Shown one piece after another: positions 1-12,322 of a stretch of 64,000 bases of DNA. Position numbers and translations under genes: made by a program. The notes beneath the pieces are model-generated. The model made no database searches and was not told where the DNA came from. It worked only from the letters and a program-made list of their open reading frames with translations. The stretch comes from Eledone cirrhosa (Eukaryota). Within the stretch, counting starts at the first letter, position 1. Each line of letters begins with the position of its first letter. Location of the stretch: positions 8,370,001 to 8,434,000 of the forward strand of contig OZ024753.1 of the NCBI GenBank assembly GCA_964016885.1, read 5' to 3'.

Positions 1-215
1 TGTCTTTAATCCTTACGGGGGTCGATAAAATAAAGTACCAGTAATACACTGGGATATTTGCTGGCCTTGTGCCAAAAGTAGAAACAATTATTATTATCTG
101 AGTTCAAAACCCACCCAGGTTAACTTTGCCTTTCATCCTTACGGGGTAGATAAAATAAAGTACCAGTAATGCACTGGGTAATTGCTGGCCGTGTGCCAAA
201 AGTAGAAATAATTAT
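1..215 (+). mobile_element. Two 5'-truncated tandem copies of the Deu/Nin-domain tRNA-SINE
   Basis: CTTTGCCTTTCATCCTTACGGGGTCGATAAAATAAAGTACCAG core and GCTGGCCTTGTGCCAAAAGTAGAAACAATT(ATT)n tail, both recurring throughout the window. Confidence 0.85.
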
Positions 216-351
216 TATTATTATTGTTGTTGGTGGTGGTGGTGGTGGTGGTGGTGGTGGTGGTGTTGTTGTTGTTGTCGTCATATCATCCTCAACATTC
301 AGAAATATTGAAGGTCAACAAAATGAATCATAGTTTTAGAAATGTGAATGT

Positions 352-452
352 CTGAATGTCGCGGAGATTGTGTTGTGAATGTCGTGGAGATTGTGTTGTG
401 AATGTCGTGGAGATTGTGTTGTGAATGTCGTGGAGATTGTGTTGTGAATGTC
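352..452. repeat. 23-bp minisatellite (GAATGTCGTGGAGATTGTGTTGT) x~4
   Basis: Direct tandem units visible. Confidence 0.9.
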
Positions 453-674
453 AGCCTTGAGAAGAATAATTCTTTATATCATTGTTCTATGCTAAAGAAG
501 TTTTCTGTCCTGTTATTGTATTGATTTCAAATAAATGTATTTAATAAATACATTTCTATGTCTTTGATATGTGAAAACCCTGTTCATTGTTAATTTGGTG
601 ATTGAGAGATGAGAGTGAAGTTATTTCAGAATGGCGAATATATCAAAGAATCTTAGCTACTGGTGTGAGACAGC

Positions 675-925
675 ATTCATCACCATCATCATCACCATCA
701 TCATCATCATCATCATGGTGTGAGACATTCATAATCACCACCATCGTCATTACCATCACCATCATTACCACCACCATCATCATCATCACCACCATCATCA
801 TTGTCATAATCATGGTGCAAGACAGCATTCATCATCATCAGCAACACATCCATCATCATCATCATCACCATCATCATTACCATCACCATCATCATCACCA
901 CCACCACCACTACCACCATCATTTA
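675..925. repeat. Degenerate (CAT/CAC)n microsatellite, the expanded tail of a minus-strand retroposon
   Basis: Triplet runs followed by the ...ctatgctagcatgggttggac tail motif shared with Meta-type SINE copies. Confidence 0.8.
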
Positions 926-1256
926 ATATTCATTTTACTATGCTAGCATGGGTTGGACAAGTTGTCCTATTGTGACACAAGCCAGATGAAGTCACCATGT
1001 CTTGCTCATATGGAACTGTTTCTGGCAGACAATAGACCTATATAGTGTTATAACCTGTCACATGATTTGGTGTGGTTGAATGTGGACAATGTAGTGGAAA
1101 ATGCAGGCTTAGTAATGTTTTTTAATGAGTAAGAAGTATCACTGTAAAGTTTAGCTTATTGTATTTGAGATAATGGTGTAAATTAACAATCACCAACCAG
1201 TGGTCTACAGAAAAATTTGGACATTATTTGCAATTTTTATGTTTTATTAATTATAT

Positions 1257-1423
1257 AACTCCAGGTAGAAGCAGCAACGTGAAATAAAGTGTCTTGCTCA
1301 AGGACATAATGCGTCACCCAGTCCGGGAATCGATGGAATTGCAACCGATAAATAGTATTAGCAATTGGAAAGACCAATGGAAACATTGTTTCCTTGGTCC
1401 AATTTGACGAATGTCGATCATTC
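1257..1423. mobile_element. CORE-type SINE copy with inverted 5' half
   Basis: 1257-1332 is the reverse complement of about 52167-52243, while 1334-1423 is colinear with about 52239-52323. Confidence 0.75.
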
Positions 1424-1530
1424 CTAATTATAAAATTACCTACATGATTACATAAGCATTTATAATTTTGTTTTATAATTAATAGGTATATTTCATATTA
1501 ATAAAATGGATGTTCTCTGATAATTATTTT

Positions 1531-1721
1531 ACCGGTGGATTGGCAGTATCGGTAGAGGGTCGGACGCCATGCTTTGACGCATTGAGTTACACCCCTTGCC
1601 ATTCTGAGTTCAAATCCTGCCGAACTTTACATTGCCTTTCATCCTTATGGGGTCGATAAAATAAAGTACCAGTAATGTACTGGGTAATTGCTGGCCTTGT
1701 GCCTAAAAACAGAAACAATTA
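1531..1721 (+). mobile_element. Full-length Deu/Nin-domain tRNA-SINE
   Basis: A-box-like TGGCAGTATCGG, B-box-like GAGTTCAAATCC, Nin-like core and tail. Confidence 0.85.
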
Positions 1722-1986
1722 TTTTACAAATGTATTTATCTTTTTAAAAAAATTCATAATAGTGGTCCACTGGATTTAAAATTAGGAATTTAGTGGTCCA
1801 TGAGGTCTGAAAGGTTAGTGACCGCTGGTTTATACCATACTGGGAGGAGTCATCCATTGTAAGGTTAGCTTAGGGCCCTAAATACAGAGGCACCATTCTG
1901 ACCTCTGGTGGACTAGGACCAAGAATTGTATCAAGTCAAACAATTGGCACAGTCTCAACGAAATGTACTTAAATATAAATTAAAAT

Positions 1987-2420
1987 AATTGTTTCTACTA
2001 TAGGCACAAGGCCAGCAATTTTGGGGGAGGGGGGGGGGAATCGATTAAGTCGACCCCAGTGCGTGACTGGTACTTTATTTTATCAACCCTGTAAGGATGA
2101 AGGGCAAAGCTAACCTCGACAGGATTTGAACTCAGAATGTAAAGGGCCGTAACTCTATGCTGCGAAGCATGGTGTCTGACGCTCACCAATACTGCCAATC
2201 CATCGCATAGTTTCTGATTCAGGCACAAGGCCAATAATTTTTTTGGGGAGGGGCAAAAGTCAATTAAATCGCCACCAGTGCATTACTGGTACTTTATTTT
2301 ATCAACCTTGTAAGGATGAAAGGCAAAGTTAACCTCAGCGGGAATTGAACTCAGAACGTAAAGGGCTGCAACTCTATGCTGCAAAGCATGGTGTCTGATG
2401 CTCACCAATACCGCCAATGA
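1987..2420 (-). mobile_element. Two tandem long-form Deu/Nin SINE copies
   Basis: Reverse complement of the SINE consensus, with the extra GGTCGA(C/T)TTAATCGA...CCCCTCCCC segment. Confidence 0.85.
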
Positions 2421-3376
2421 CGTAGTTTTGGAAGAATTTGAAATATTGGAAATAAAACTATTTCAACATTCGTCTTTTCTGGTGGATGGCAAGGTTTTCT
2501 GTTTTAATAGTTGTGTAGTTTGAAATCAATATATTACACAAATTGGGAACTAGAAAAGCACCACCTACTAAAACTATCATCTGACATGTGATATATAGCT
2601 TTCTGTTCATCGCCCCATCTAATATCAGCAACACCTCACTTTCTCACCCATCTCATTCTAACATTTTTACATTTTTCATGTCTTTTTCCAATGTATTTTT
2701 CATTGTTAATCATTTTGTTTTTCTAATGTATTTTTATATTATTTTATTTATTTTTTCATTAATTTTTTTTTTTTTTTTACTGTTGTTGTATTTTTGGTTT
2801 TGATTTTTTTAAAATTATTTTTATTATATTTTTTTAAATATTTTTTTGTGTTTTTAAATTTGCTTAGCCATTTTCTATTCTCTATCTTTTTATTTCTTAT
2901 CTTACAACAAGATGGAATGTATTTTGATTTTCGAGGAAGCAAAACGCTTTTCTCATTTTTCTGACCACCGTTTCCTCTAATAGAAACAAACTTGTGTGTA
3001 TATGTGTGTTGGCAACATTTGTCTGAACTTTAAGTTAAGTGGACATAGAGAGCAATGATTATTTAACATTTTTTTTTAGATTTATTTCTTCTATATTTTC
3101 ACAAGATCAGTTTTAGAATTGTTAGATAATGTAAAAATATAATATTATTTATTTATCATTGTCCTCTGGAGAAATCAGGACTAAACAACATGAATAATCA
3201 AATTAAGGAGTATGGCTCCATTTGAATTCAAAATTCAGTTTTGAACCTAGAAAGTAAAGTTATTGTGTAATTTCATTGTTATGTTGGCTGTAGCTAAATC
3301 AATAGCCTCAGATATTTGGTCAATTTGAGACACATATGTAGTAACATATTATCTGGTTTTATTTCATAGCTGGTAA

Positions 3377-3725
3377 TCTTCTTCTTCTTCTTCTTTTTCT
3401 TCTTTTTTCTTTCTTCTTTTTCTTCTTTTTTTTCTTCTTATTCTTCTTTTATTTCTTCTTCTTCTTTTTCTTCTTTTTCTTCTTTTTCTTCTTTTTCTTC
3501 TTTTTCTTCTTTTTCTTCTTTTTCTTCTTTTTCTTCAACTTTTTCTTTATCTTTTTCTTCTTTTCTTCTTTTTCTTCTTTTTCTTCTTTTCCTTCTTTTT
3601 CTTCTTTTTCTTCTTTTTCTTCTTTTTCTTCTTTTTCTTCTTTTTCTTCTTTTTCTTCTTTTTCTTCTTTTTCTTCTTTTTTTTCTTCTTTTTCTTCTTC
3701 TTCTTCTTCTTCTTCTTCTTTCTTC
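3377..3725. repeat. Polypyrimidine (TTC)/(TTCTTTTTC)n repeat, probably the expanded (GAA)n tail of a minus-strand retroposon at ~3726-3810
   Basis: Pure pyrimidine tract. The adjacent minus strand reads ..EAVAFDRTH*, resembling an RTE C-terminus. Confidence 0.8.
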
Positions 3726-4039
3726 ACCCACTTATTCCTGCGAGGGTTGTGGGGGGACAGAATTCTTGAACATCCCTTTCAGTGGGTCCTGTCAAAAGCA
3801 ACTGCCTCTAATTGATCTGGCTAGAATCCCAAACAAGACCAGTTGACCTTTTTGCCTGTAAAATCTGTCCAGTGGTTCTTTCCAGGGACATTCTAACCAC
3901 ATATCTGTAGTATTGGAGCTGTGACCTCTCAATTTGGGACTTAATACACACTGTTTCTAGTCAAATAACACACATATTTGCTTATATAATATCTGGTTAT
4001 ATCTCATAGCTGTTTATATATTGTGTCCATATCGAAGGC

Positions 4040-4270
4040 ATTTAATACTCACAGGTTCTGGTCCAGAACATATACCGGAGAACACATGTAGCAAATTAAT
4101 CATTCTATGGCTCACACCTTTGCATTTCTAACTTCGTAGGCTCTCATTAGCCAGACATGTGAAATGTCACAATGAACCTACTGGCAGAGTTCTTCTCTGG
4201 AAACCTCATTTGTACAGACAAGTTGGGAGACCAACTATCACACTGAAGGATGTTCTTGAAGATGACACTT
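4040..4270 (+). pseudogene. Degenerate RTE-clade LINE ORF C-terminal fragment
   Basis: Reads ..LRRLSLARHVKCHNEPTGRVLLWKPHLYRQVGRPTITLKDVLEDDT (RRL..GH / LW.P / GRP motif). Confidence 0.6.
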
Positions 4271-4336
4271 TGAATAAAATGTTTTTGCCCACTTAATGCA
4301 ACTTTCTTATGTAAAATTATTTTGTAAAGTTTTAAT

Positions 4337-4564
4337 TTAACCCTTTAACTTTTATGTTACTCTATATTTACTATTGTATTTTCACAGTAAAGACTTTATC
4401 TCACATAATATCTCAGGTAATATTGAATCTATTAGATTTTGATATTATTTATTTTGAGAACAATACCTTAATGTAGGTATGAGTGACCAGTTACACTCGG
4501 TTTGAGCAGAAAGAAGTGAGAGAATTCTGGCTGGATTTGACCAGTTTAAATGCTAAAGGGTTGA
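4337..4564 (+). mobile_element. ~225-bp piggyBac-type MITE
   Basis: TTAA|CCCTTTA...TGCTAAAGGG|TTGA termini and a shared internal body. Confidence 0.8.
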
Positions 4565-4772
4565 CATAACCACAAGGTACGATCGGTGTGGCAAAGTTAC
4601 AAGATAAGGTCACCTGAATCAATAAGCCTGGTAATTGGATGTCACATTACTTTAGCCATCACTAAATGATGGCAGAAAAATTTGACTTCAATGAAATTAC
4701 GATTCAAAACGTTGAATAAACTTATTATTTACTAACTGGCCCATGCTGTCAAAAATAGCAGCTAATTGTAAT

Positions 4773-5040
4773 ATCTATACATAATATAGAAAAGAGATGT
4801 TTGTTTGTTTATTGGTTGGTTCCATCACGCTCACTCACACAAGTGATACAAACATATAAACACCCACCTCCTTCCTAAGTCGATATAATCCCCCTCCTTT
4901 CTCAGTCAATATAATCACCCCTTCCCTCCTCAGTCAACGTTATCACTACTTCCTTCCTCAGTCGACATTATCACTCCTTCCTTCCTCAGTCATCTCTACT
5001 GCATTACAGACAAATACACACAGCTATTATATTAGTAGAT
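4773..5040. mobile_element. Possible non-autonomous Helitron-like remnant(s) with an internal ~27-bp degenerate tandem repeat
   Basis: The left end A|TCTATACATAATATAG..(TTTG)n and the right end on the minus strand A|TCTACTAATATAATA both resemble Helitron 5' TC ends. The CCTTCCTCAGTC unit repeats at 4865-4992. Confidence 0.35.
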
Positions 5041-5139
5041 TATTTAATACTGCAAAGAATTTACCTGATTTCTCAACTCTTTTTGCTGTTTATTTCTGCT
5101 TATTACTTGAAATATTATTGTGAAATGTTGAGCTAATAT

Positions 5140-5330
5140 AATTGTTTCTACCTTTGGCACAAGGCCAGCAATTACCCAGTACATTACTGGTACTTTATTT
5201 TATCGACCCCGTAAGGATGAGAGACAAAGTTGACCTCAGTGGGATTTGAACTCAGATCGTAAAGGGACGTAACTCTATGCGTCAAAGCATGGCGTCCGAC
5301 CCTCTACCAATACTGACAATCGACCACCAT
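5140..5330 (-). mobile_element. Full-length Deu/Nin SINE
   Basis: Reverse complement of consensus. Confidence 0.85.
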
Positions 5331-5484
5331 TGAGCTAATATAATGTTAAAAAAATTCCTGGAAGCTAATAAATGAATAAATGAATAAATAAATAAAATAA
5401 ATAAATAAATAATAACAACATTATGATGATGATTTATAACAATAATAATAATAATGATAATAATAATAATAATAATAATAATAA

Positions 5485-5824
5485 TGCTTTCTTTATTAAC
5501 CACAAGGGTTTACACAAAGTAGACATTAAGGACAGAACAGGACAATACAGGACGGTACAAATGGGCATTTCTGTGTGTAATAAAAAAGCAAAAAAAACAG
5601 AGGATGTAATAAAAGAGCAATGAAAAAATTCCCCAATAGGGGGGAGACTTCTGAGGGCCATCGTCGAGAAAGCCCATTAAAAAAAAGCCACGGTGACCCC
5701 CTGACCACCAGGGCAAATGTCCTCTCCCAGTTTTCCACCTTCAATTTACAGGCATATACTCAGAGTAGGTCCATTCACTCGGGCCATTCTTGCCTCTCTC
5801 ACCCATCTTTCAACAAAAAGCTGG

Positions 5825-5826
<2 letters not shown>
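5485..5826 (-). mobile_element. 3' end of a non-LTR retrotransposon (L1/Tx1-like) embedded in (AAT)n
   Basis: The minus strand reads SQLFVERWVREARMARVNGPTLSICL*, then a 3'UTR, AATAAA and (ATT)n. Both flanks are (AAT)n. Confidence 0.5.
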
Positions 5827-5877
<51 letters not shown>

Positions 5878-6660
5878 GAAATAATAAAAATAATAATATA
5901 ATGATGATGATGACAATTTCTAATAAAAATAATAATGATATGATAGAAAAAGAATCTAATTATTAAAATCATATTTTTCTTAATTAATCATACCTAGATT
6001 TCTTTGAAGTTTCAAAAAAGATGAAAGATGAAAATTAAAGAAAGAAAAAACGAAAAAAACCCCACAAAAATACCCCCCCCCCACACACACACACACAAAA
6101 AAAAACCCCAAAAAACAACAACAACAAATCCTTTGGTTGATATTAGATATTCTTTGTTCAGATATCAATGCAAACTTCCATTACATGTAAAGTAAAAAGT
6201 TACAATTTTGAGATTTGTATTGCAATGAGATTGTATTGATATTTTCTTTAACCTTCATTGTTAATTCTCTTGAATGAGGCAAGACTTAGAGGTTCAAAGA
6301 AATGACTATTACAGATCTGAGTATTAAAAAAAAAAATCTATTCACATTGTTTGTTGTACAGTGGAGACGTCACAAGATGTAAAGTAATGCATGGAATTGA
6401 TTCTGTCACAAGCTGAGATCTATTAGGTCAAGGCTAGTTCTAGGCATAGTCTTAACTTTTAATCCATAGTCGTTACTGGACACCAGCAAGATGTTGGTGC
6501 CACTGTTGAAATAACATATAAGAAAATTGAATATCAGTAAAAGAAAGAACAAGAAAAGTTAACGATAACATTTCATAACGTGGATTCTGCTGACAAAGCT
6601 TTGTGTTCAGACATGCTGATTGGCGCCAATAACTTTTAAGATCCTGGTGGCCTTGTAATA

Positions 6661-6684
6661 ACACACACACATACGTACATACAT

Positions 6685-6776
<92 letters not shown>
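6661..6776. repeat. (CA)n microsatellite
   Basis: Direct. Confidence 0.95.
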
Positions 6777-6779
<3 letters not shown>

Positions 6780-7816
6780 AGTTTACTTTACCAAAATGTT
6801 AAAGACAGCTAAATAATATTTTTCTTTTATCCTTTTTTTCCCCTATTTAAAAAAAATATCTTTTTTCAATTTTTTAAAAATCTTTTCCCTCTCCAAATAT
6901 TTTATTTTGACATCTGTTTACGCCCAACCAAATATTGCTAAGCTTGCCTGAAGAAGTTTTCGATATGTTGGAATCAGATTATATTTTTTTCATTTATTTA
7001 TTTACTCCTGATGTACATTTTAAGAAAAAATATATAAAATATAATTCTTTTTCTTTTTTCTTATTGCAACAACATGTTATATTTTTAGTGTCTAACCTTC
7101 TGTTTAAAATATTTACGTAATGTGGATATTAACGTCTCATTTAGTATTCATCATTCCTTCACATTCAACCTGGTTGACTGTTATTTGTGTAAAATATGAC
7201 TGCTTGCATGTTAATTTATAAATATAAAATCTAGATTTTGTGAAGTCAGAAATATGTCAGCTTAGATGCTTTAAAGTTGGAGCAGGTAAACTTTTATAAT
7301 ATCACAGGTGAATGGGAAATACTTAAGAAGAGTTGGAGGTATATTAGAGCTGAGAAACACAATGGATCTTTTATTTTACAAATTCATGTGTATGTAACAT
7401 ATAATAGGAAGGGTATCCAGCTGTAGAAGCTTGCCAAACAAAGGGTTTCCTTCAGTTGAGTAAAAAATATGACAACATCTCCTGTATACATGGTAGAACA
7501 TGAGACCATTCATAAGCCAGATAAGACATGTAGCTGGTTTTGGTAGTCAGTAACTCCGCTTCAGTACTGACTTGGTCCATACAGACATGTCTAACCCTTG
7601 CTTGCAGGGAAAGTGAACATTAAAGTGACAATGATGATGATGTAACATAATTTGATAATAAAATGTTATAGTTTGCTTGAAGCATTGTAAATAATATATA
7701 ACGTTGAAAGAGATAGAAGGCTAAACAATACAAAATAGACTGTAAGATGAGGTAATGAAAAGTAAAAGTTACCTGGTAATCTTTGTTTTGTTTTTTCTTG
7801 TTGTTCTTTTATCTGT

Positions 7817-7852
7817 CCAATATTTCGGGACCCAAAAGTCCCTTCATCGGGG
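7817..7852 (-). ncRNA. Minimal hammerhead-ribozyme-like motif (core variant CCGAUGA) at the end of a decayed Penelope-like remnant (~7770-8200)
   Basis: Minus strand: CC CCGATGA A GGGAC-TTTTGG-GTCCC GAAA TATT GG, with a 5-bp stem II and palindromic AATATT. Upstream minus-strand traces NVIY..TGRKFST resemble a GIY-YIG domain. Confidence 0.55.
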
Positions 7853-8339
7853 TTTAAGGAACTTTCAGTGGATAATGTTCCAATTTCCTCTCTTTGGGAT
7901 TAAATTTTGATTTTGATTTAAATTTTTTCTAAGTCGTTTTCAAGCATTTTTCAGTGGTTATTTCGCTTTCCACATGAATGACATCAATTGCCAATATAAT
8001 ATTTCACAAAATTAATTTTCTTTTTCGTATGAGATGTTTAGTTTGTGTGCCTGTGGGTGAGTCTTTTTATATCAAGTACTGTGTGCTGAGTTTAATTGGA
8101 TGTTGAGAACTTTCGGCCAGTATTGGTCCAGACCATGTCTAACTTAATAGCACCTCCTGCATATATTACATTTCTCTTATGGTCTTAATGCTTGAAACAT
8201 TTCTTTTTTATTTTCATATGAGTTTTTAGCAACTTCGACAGAAACTTTTAAGTTTCGAAATTGAGCAAAATTTCCCCCACTGGCAAGATGGTGTCTGCTC
8301 TTTCTTTACAGTATTTCATTTTGAATGCCAGAGCTTGAA

Positions 8340-8590
8340 TGAACTGAGCGAGAAACTGGGTTTAAGAGGAGTCTGAAATGGTGTGCAAGAAAAACTGTGT
8401 TGGTATGGACATGTGATTTACATGGAAAAGTCATCGGGTGAAGAGGTGTCAGAAAATCTCAATGGAGGGAGGATGCTGTAGAGATAGACCAAAGAAGACC
8501 TGGGAAGAGGTTGTGAGAACTAATCTCAAATCACTGAAACTCATAGAGGAGGTTACAAAGGAATGTAGCAAGTGGAGAATTGTTGGCTGA
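8340..8590 (+). pseudogene. RTE-clade LINE C-terminal fragment
   Basis: ..LCWYGHV.. and ..RDRPKKTWEEVVRTNLKSLKL..KW motifs, frameshifted. Confidence 0.7.
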
Positions 8591-9929
8591 CACTCGTAGA
8601 ATTATTTAGTCAAGTTCTTTAATTGTTTCCGTTTCTGAACCACCCTGGTAAAAAACCAATATCGAGTTCTAAATCTGTCAGAACAAATACAAATTTGTAG
8701 GCTAGTGATGAGTAATATAATCGATTATACAATCATTCCAAATATATTACTGGTAGAGCTTATTTTATTGATAACACAGAGATGAAAGTTGCGGTGAACA
8801 ACATCTCAATCTAGAATATTAGGAAACAGAAATAAATATTGAAACAAAATTTGTCTGACTCATTATAATTTTAACCAAGGAAAGCACATTAACCTTTCCA
8901 TTACCATATTTCTGATGCCATACATTTAATTAATGAGGAATTTGGAGAGGTTTACTAAAACTATTGATTATTCCATTATTAAAATAGTATTTGTAACATA
9001 ACTTAACAACAGGTCTTTAGATTAAATTATATCCCAAGGTTTTAATTTAAATAAACAACCTTTAAATTTGTGGATTCATTGAACCAGCCAGAACCAGATT
9101 TGACTATGTTAGCTTAAGAAGGGTGGATCCCCCCCCCCCCCAACCACCCTCAAATTCTTGATAATAGAAATTCTGTTTCCTTTTTTGGCTATATTTAAAA
9201 CAATAATAAAAATATCAAGAAATCTTTTAAAATGATTCTTCACACAGAATTCTCGATGTCTGAATGTATAATTTTATTAGATTATATTGTTGACATATAG
9301 TGTCTTTTCCTTCTTGTACAGTTTTCCTTTTACACTTCAGCTGATGCGCAAAATGTGTCCCCTCTTTCCTCTCTCCTCTCCGTCACCATACTTAATTTCT
9401 TGCTACTTCATTTCCTCTCTATGCCCAAATACATTATTCACAACAAAGCATAGTGCTAAAGCAGAACTCATTCATTATTCATTCTAAAATCAAAGCCTGT
9501 TGTTTAATCAAAATATCTTATTACATAGAAACACTGTAAAACTGTTGTCCTCTAACATTATCTTTCACACACACTTTCTTTTTTTTCTTTCTTTCTCATG
9601 CTTGCTTTGCTGCTGTCATCTGAACTGTTTGCCTTGTTGATTATGATCCTCACCTTCATATTTCACCTTTGCAGCTGTTCTTATTGCATAATATGTCACT
9701 CTTGTAATTACCAATTCCATGGCTTTGATAAAACACCCAGCAATACATAAAATGTTTTTATTTTATATTTTGAGAATTTTGAAGGCACCAATGGCCATGA
9801 TAGATGTGTCTGTAATCAGGAGGTGTGTTAATAACAAAACTGAAGCAATGTTAGCAAAGATATTTTCAAAATGTTAAACTTATGAAGCAATTATTTTTCG
9901 AATTTGTAAAATATCAAAGATTGTAGAAG

Positions 9930-10650
9930 TCGTCGTCGTCATCATCATCATCATTATTATCATTATCATTATCATCATCATCATTATCATCATCATTATC
10001 ATCATTATTATCATTATCATTATCATCATCATTATTATCATTATCATCATCATCATTATTATTATCATTATCATCATCATCATTATTATCATTATCATCA
10101 TCATTATCATCATTATTATCATCATCATCATCATTATTATCATTATCATTATCATCATCATTATTATCATTATCATCATCATCATTATTATCATTATCAT
10201 CATCATTATCATCATTATTATCATCATCATCATCATTATTATCATTATCATCATTATTATCATAATTATTATCATTATCATCATCATTATTATCATTATC
10301 ATCATAATTATTATCATTATCATCATCATCATCATTATTATCATCATCATTATCATCATCATCATCATTATTATCATTATCATTATCATCATCATCATTA
10401 TTATCATTATCATCATCATCATTATTATCATTATTATCATCATCATCATCATTATTATCATTATCATCATCATCATCATCATTATCATTATCATCATCAT
10501 CATCATTATCATCATCATCATCATCATTATTATCATTATTATCATCATCATCATCATCATTATTATCATTATCATCATCATCACCATCATCATTATCATC
10601 ATCATCATCATCATTATTATCATTATCATCATCATCATCATTATCATTAT
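9930..10650. repeat. ~720-bp compound (ATC/ATT)n microsatellite
   Basis: Direct. It explains the poly-M/I and poly-D/N ORFs. Confidence 0.95.
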
Positions 10651-10835
10651 TGTGGATTGGCAGTATCAGTAGAGGGTCGGACGCCATGCTTTCCAGCATA
10701 GTTACGTCCCTTTACGATCTGAGTTCAAATCCCGCCGAGGTTGACTTTGCCTTTCATCCTTACGGGGTCGATAAAATAAAGTACCAGTAATGCACTGGGT
10801 AATTGCTGGCCTTGTGCCTAAAGTAGAAACAATTA
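10651..10835 (+). mobile_element. Full-length young Deu/Nin SINE (short form)
   Basis: Near-identical to copies at 16817, 29388, 32761(-), 38078 and 63106. Confidence 0.9.
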
Positions 10836-10889
10836 TTATCATTATCATCATCATCATCATCATCATCATCATGCAGTTTTTGATTATAC

Positions 10890-11105
10890 AGGACACAATT
10901 AGTCCATAAGTAGCGGTGGGTCGTGCCTGACAGTGGTGCTTCTTACCACCCCTCTTCATGTGTTTCTGTCCACTGGTCTCACTTGCACCAAGCTGAGCTT
11001 GATCGCGATGGACATCCTCTATCCAAGTCCTTTTTGGTCTTCCTGGGTCTCTACTTCCTCCTGGATCAACATTCATCACTTTGCTGATCCAGTCCTCACT
11101 GGATA
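10890..11105 (-). pseudogene. RTE-clade LINE 3' fragment
   Basis: ..NVDPGGSRDPGRPKRTWIEDVHRD.. followed downstream by a (GAT)n tail. Confidence 0.7.
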
Positions 11106-11194
11106 ATTTAATAAGTGGGTGGTGGGTGGTGGTTGGATGGGGGAAGATTATTCAAGACCTGAGAATAATCTACAATATTTACCAAATTGATTTT

Positions 11195-12155
11195 ATAATA
11201 ATAATTAAATTATTGTGTATAGTGCTCAGGTGCACTACAACTCATCAAAGATACTTGTATAGTACATAGAATAATGTACACATTTCAGGAAAACGAACAG
11301 AGTATGAGTCATGATATGCATGTGTGCATGTGCATAGAGGAGGTATATCAGGCATAGTGTTGGCAAATTTCAGGAAGCATGGAGGTTTTAAAGGATGCAG
11401 TGTTTCAACAGCTAACAACTGATGGAGGTAGTTTATTCCATGGAGGTTTTAAAGGTTGCCGTGTCTCGACAGCTAACAACTGATGCAGGTAGTTTATTCC
11501 ATGGAGGTTTTAAAGGTTGCAGTGTTTCAACAGCTAACAACTGATGGAGGTAGTTTATTCCATGGAGGTTTTAAAGGTTGCAGTGTCTCGACAGCTAACA
11601 ACTGATGCAGGTAGTTTATTCCATGGAGGTTTTAAAGGTTGCAGTGTCTCGACAGCTAACAACTGATGCAGGTAGTTTATTCCATGGAGGTTTTAGAGGT
11701 TGCCGTGTCTCGACAGCTAACAACTGATGCAGGTAGTTTATTCCATGGAGGTTTTAAAGGTTGCAGTGTCTCGACAGCTAACAACTGATGCAGGTAGTTT
11801 ATTCCATGGAGGTTTTAAAGGTTGCCGTGTCTCGACAGCTAACAACTGATGCAGGTAGTTTATTCCATGGAGGTTTTAAAGGTTGCAGTGTCTCGACAGC
11901 TAACAACTGATGCAGGTAATTTATTCCATGGAGGTTTTAAAGGTTGCAGTGTCTCAACAGCTAACAACTGATGCAGGTAGTTTATTCCATGGAGGTTTTA
12001 AAGGTTGCAGTGTCTCAACAGCTAACAACTGATGCAGGTAGTTTATTCCATGCTTCATCAACTCTGAGTGCGAAAAAAATTTTCTGAAAGTCTTAAGAGC
12101 TGTACTGTTTTCTGACTGTGTAGGCATGCCCACATGTTTTAGACATATGGAATTT
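11195..12155 (-). mobile_element. CR1-type LINE 3' end with an internal 61-bp tandem array
   Basis: The minus strand reads TCGHAYTVRK..IFFALRVDEAWNKLPASVVSC..FKTS (CR1 ORF2 C-terminal TRGH/RV..WN.LP motif). The 3'UTR is shared with 34165-34360 and 62925-63100. Confidence 0.8.
11378..12052. repeat. 61-bp tandem array x11
   Basis: CATGGAGGTTTT recurs every 61 nt from 11378 to 11988, with a closing CATG at 12049. Confidence 0.95.
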
Positions 12156-12200
12156 TACTGAGATGTTTATCTTAACTTGTTTTTGTCTATTTAATTTCAG

Positions 12201-12322
12201 GTAAACATCAACGACATGGGAAACAAGGACCAGAGTTGATGTCAACTCCTACTAATGTATCAGTAACTAGGGGAGAGTTGGCTGTTTTGAAGTGCACTGT
12301 TAAAAATTTGGGAACCAAAACT
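12201..12322 (+). CDS. Internal coding exon of an Ig-superfamily cell-surface protein (Dpr/DIP/lachesin/IgLON-like), N-terminal half of the first Ig domain
   Basis: Acceptor ttttgtctatttaatttcAG at 12181-12200 and donor GTAAGT at 12323. The 122-nt exon is phase 1 to phase 0 and open: (x)KHQRHGKQGPELMSTPTNVSVTRGELAVLKCTVKNLGTKT. This matches the Dpr-type motif NVT..G..A.L.C.V.NLG.KT|V.W. Confidence 0.88.

Noticed and set aside
9880-10699. 255-261 aa ORFs (poly-M/I, poly-D/N)
   Set aside because: Translations of an (ATC/ATT)n microsatellite
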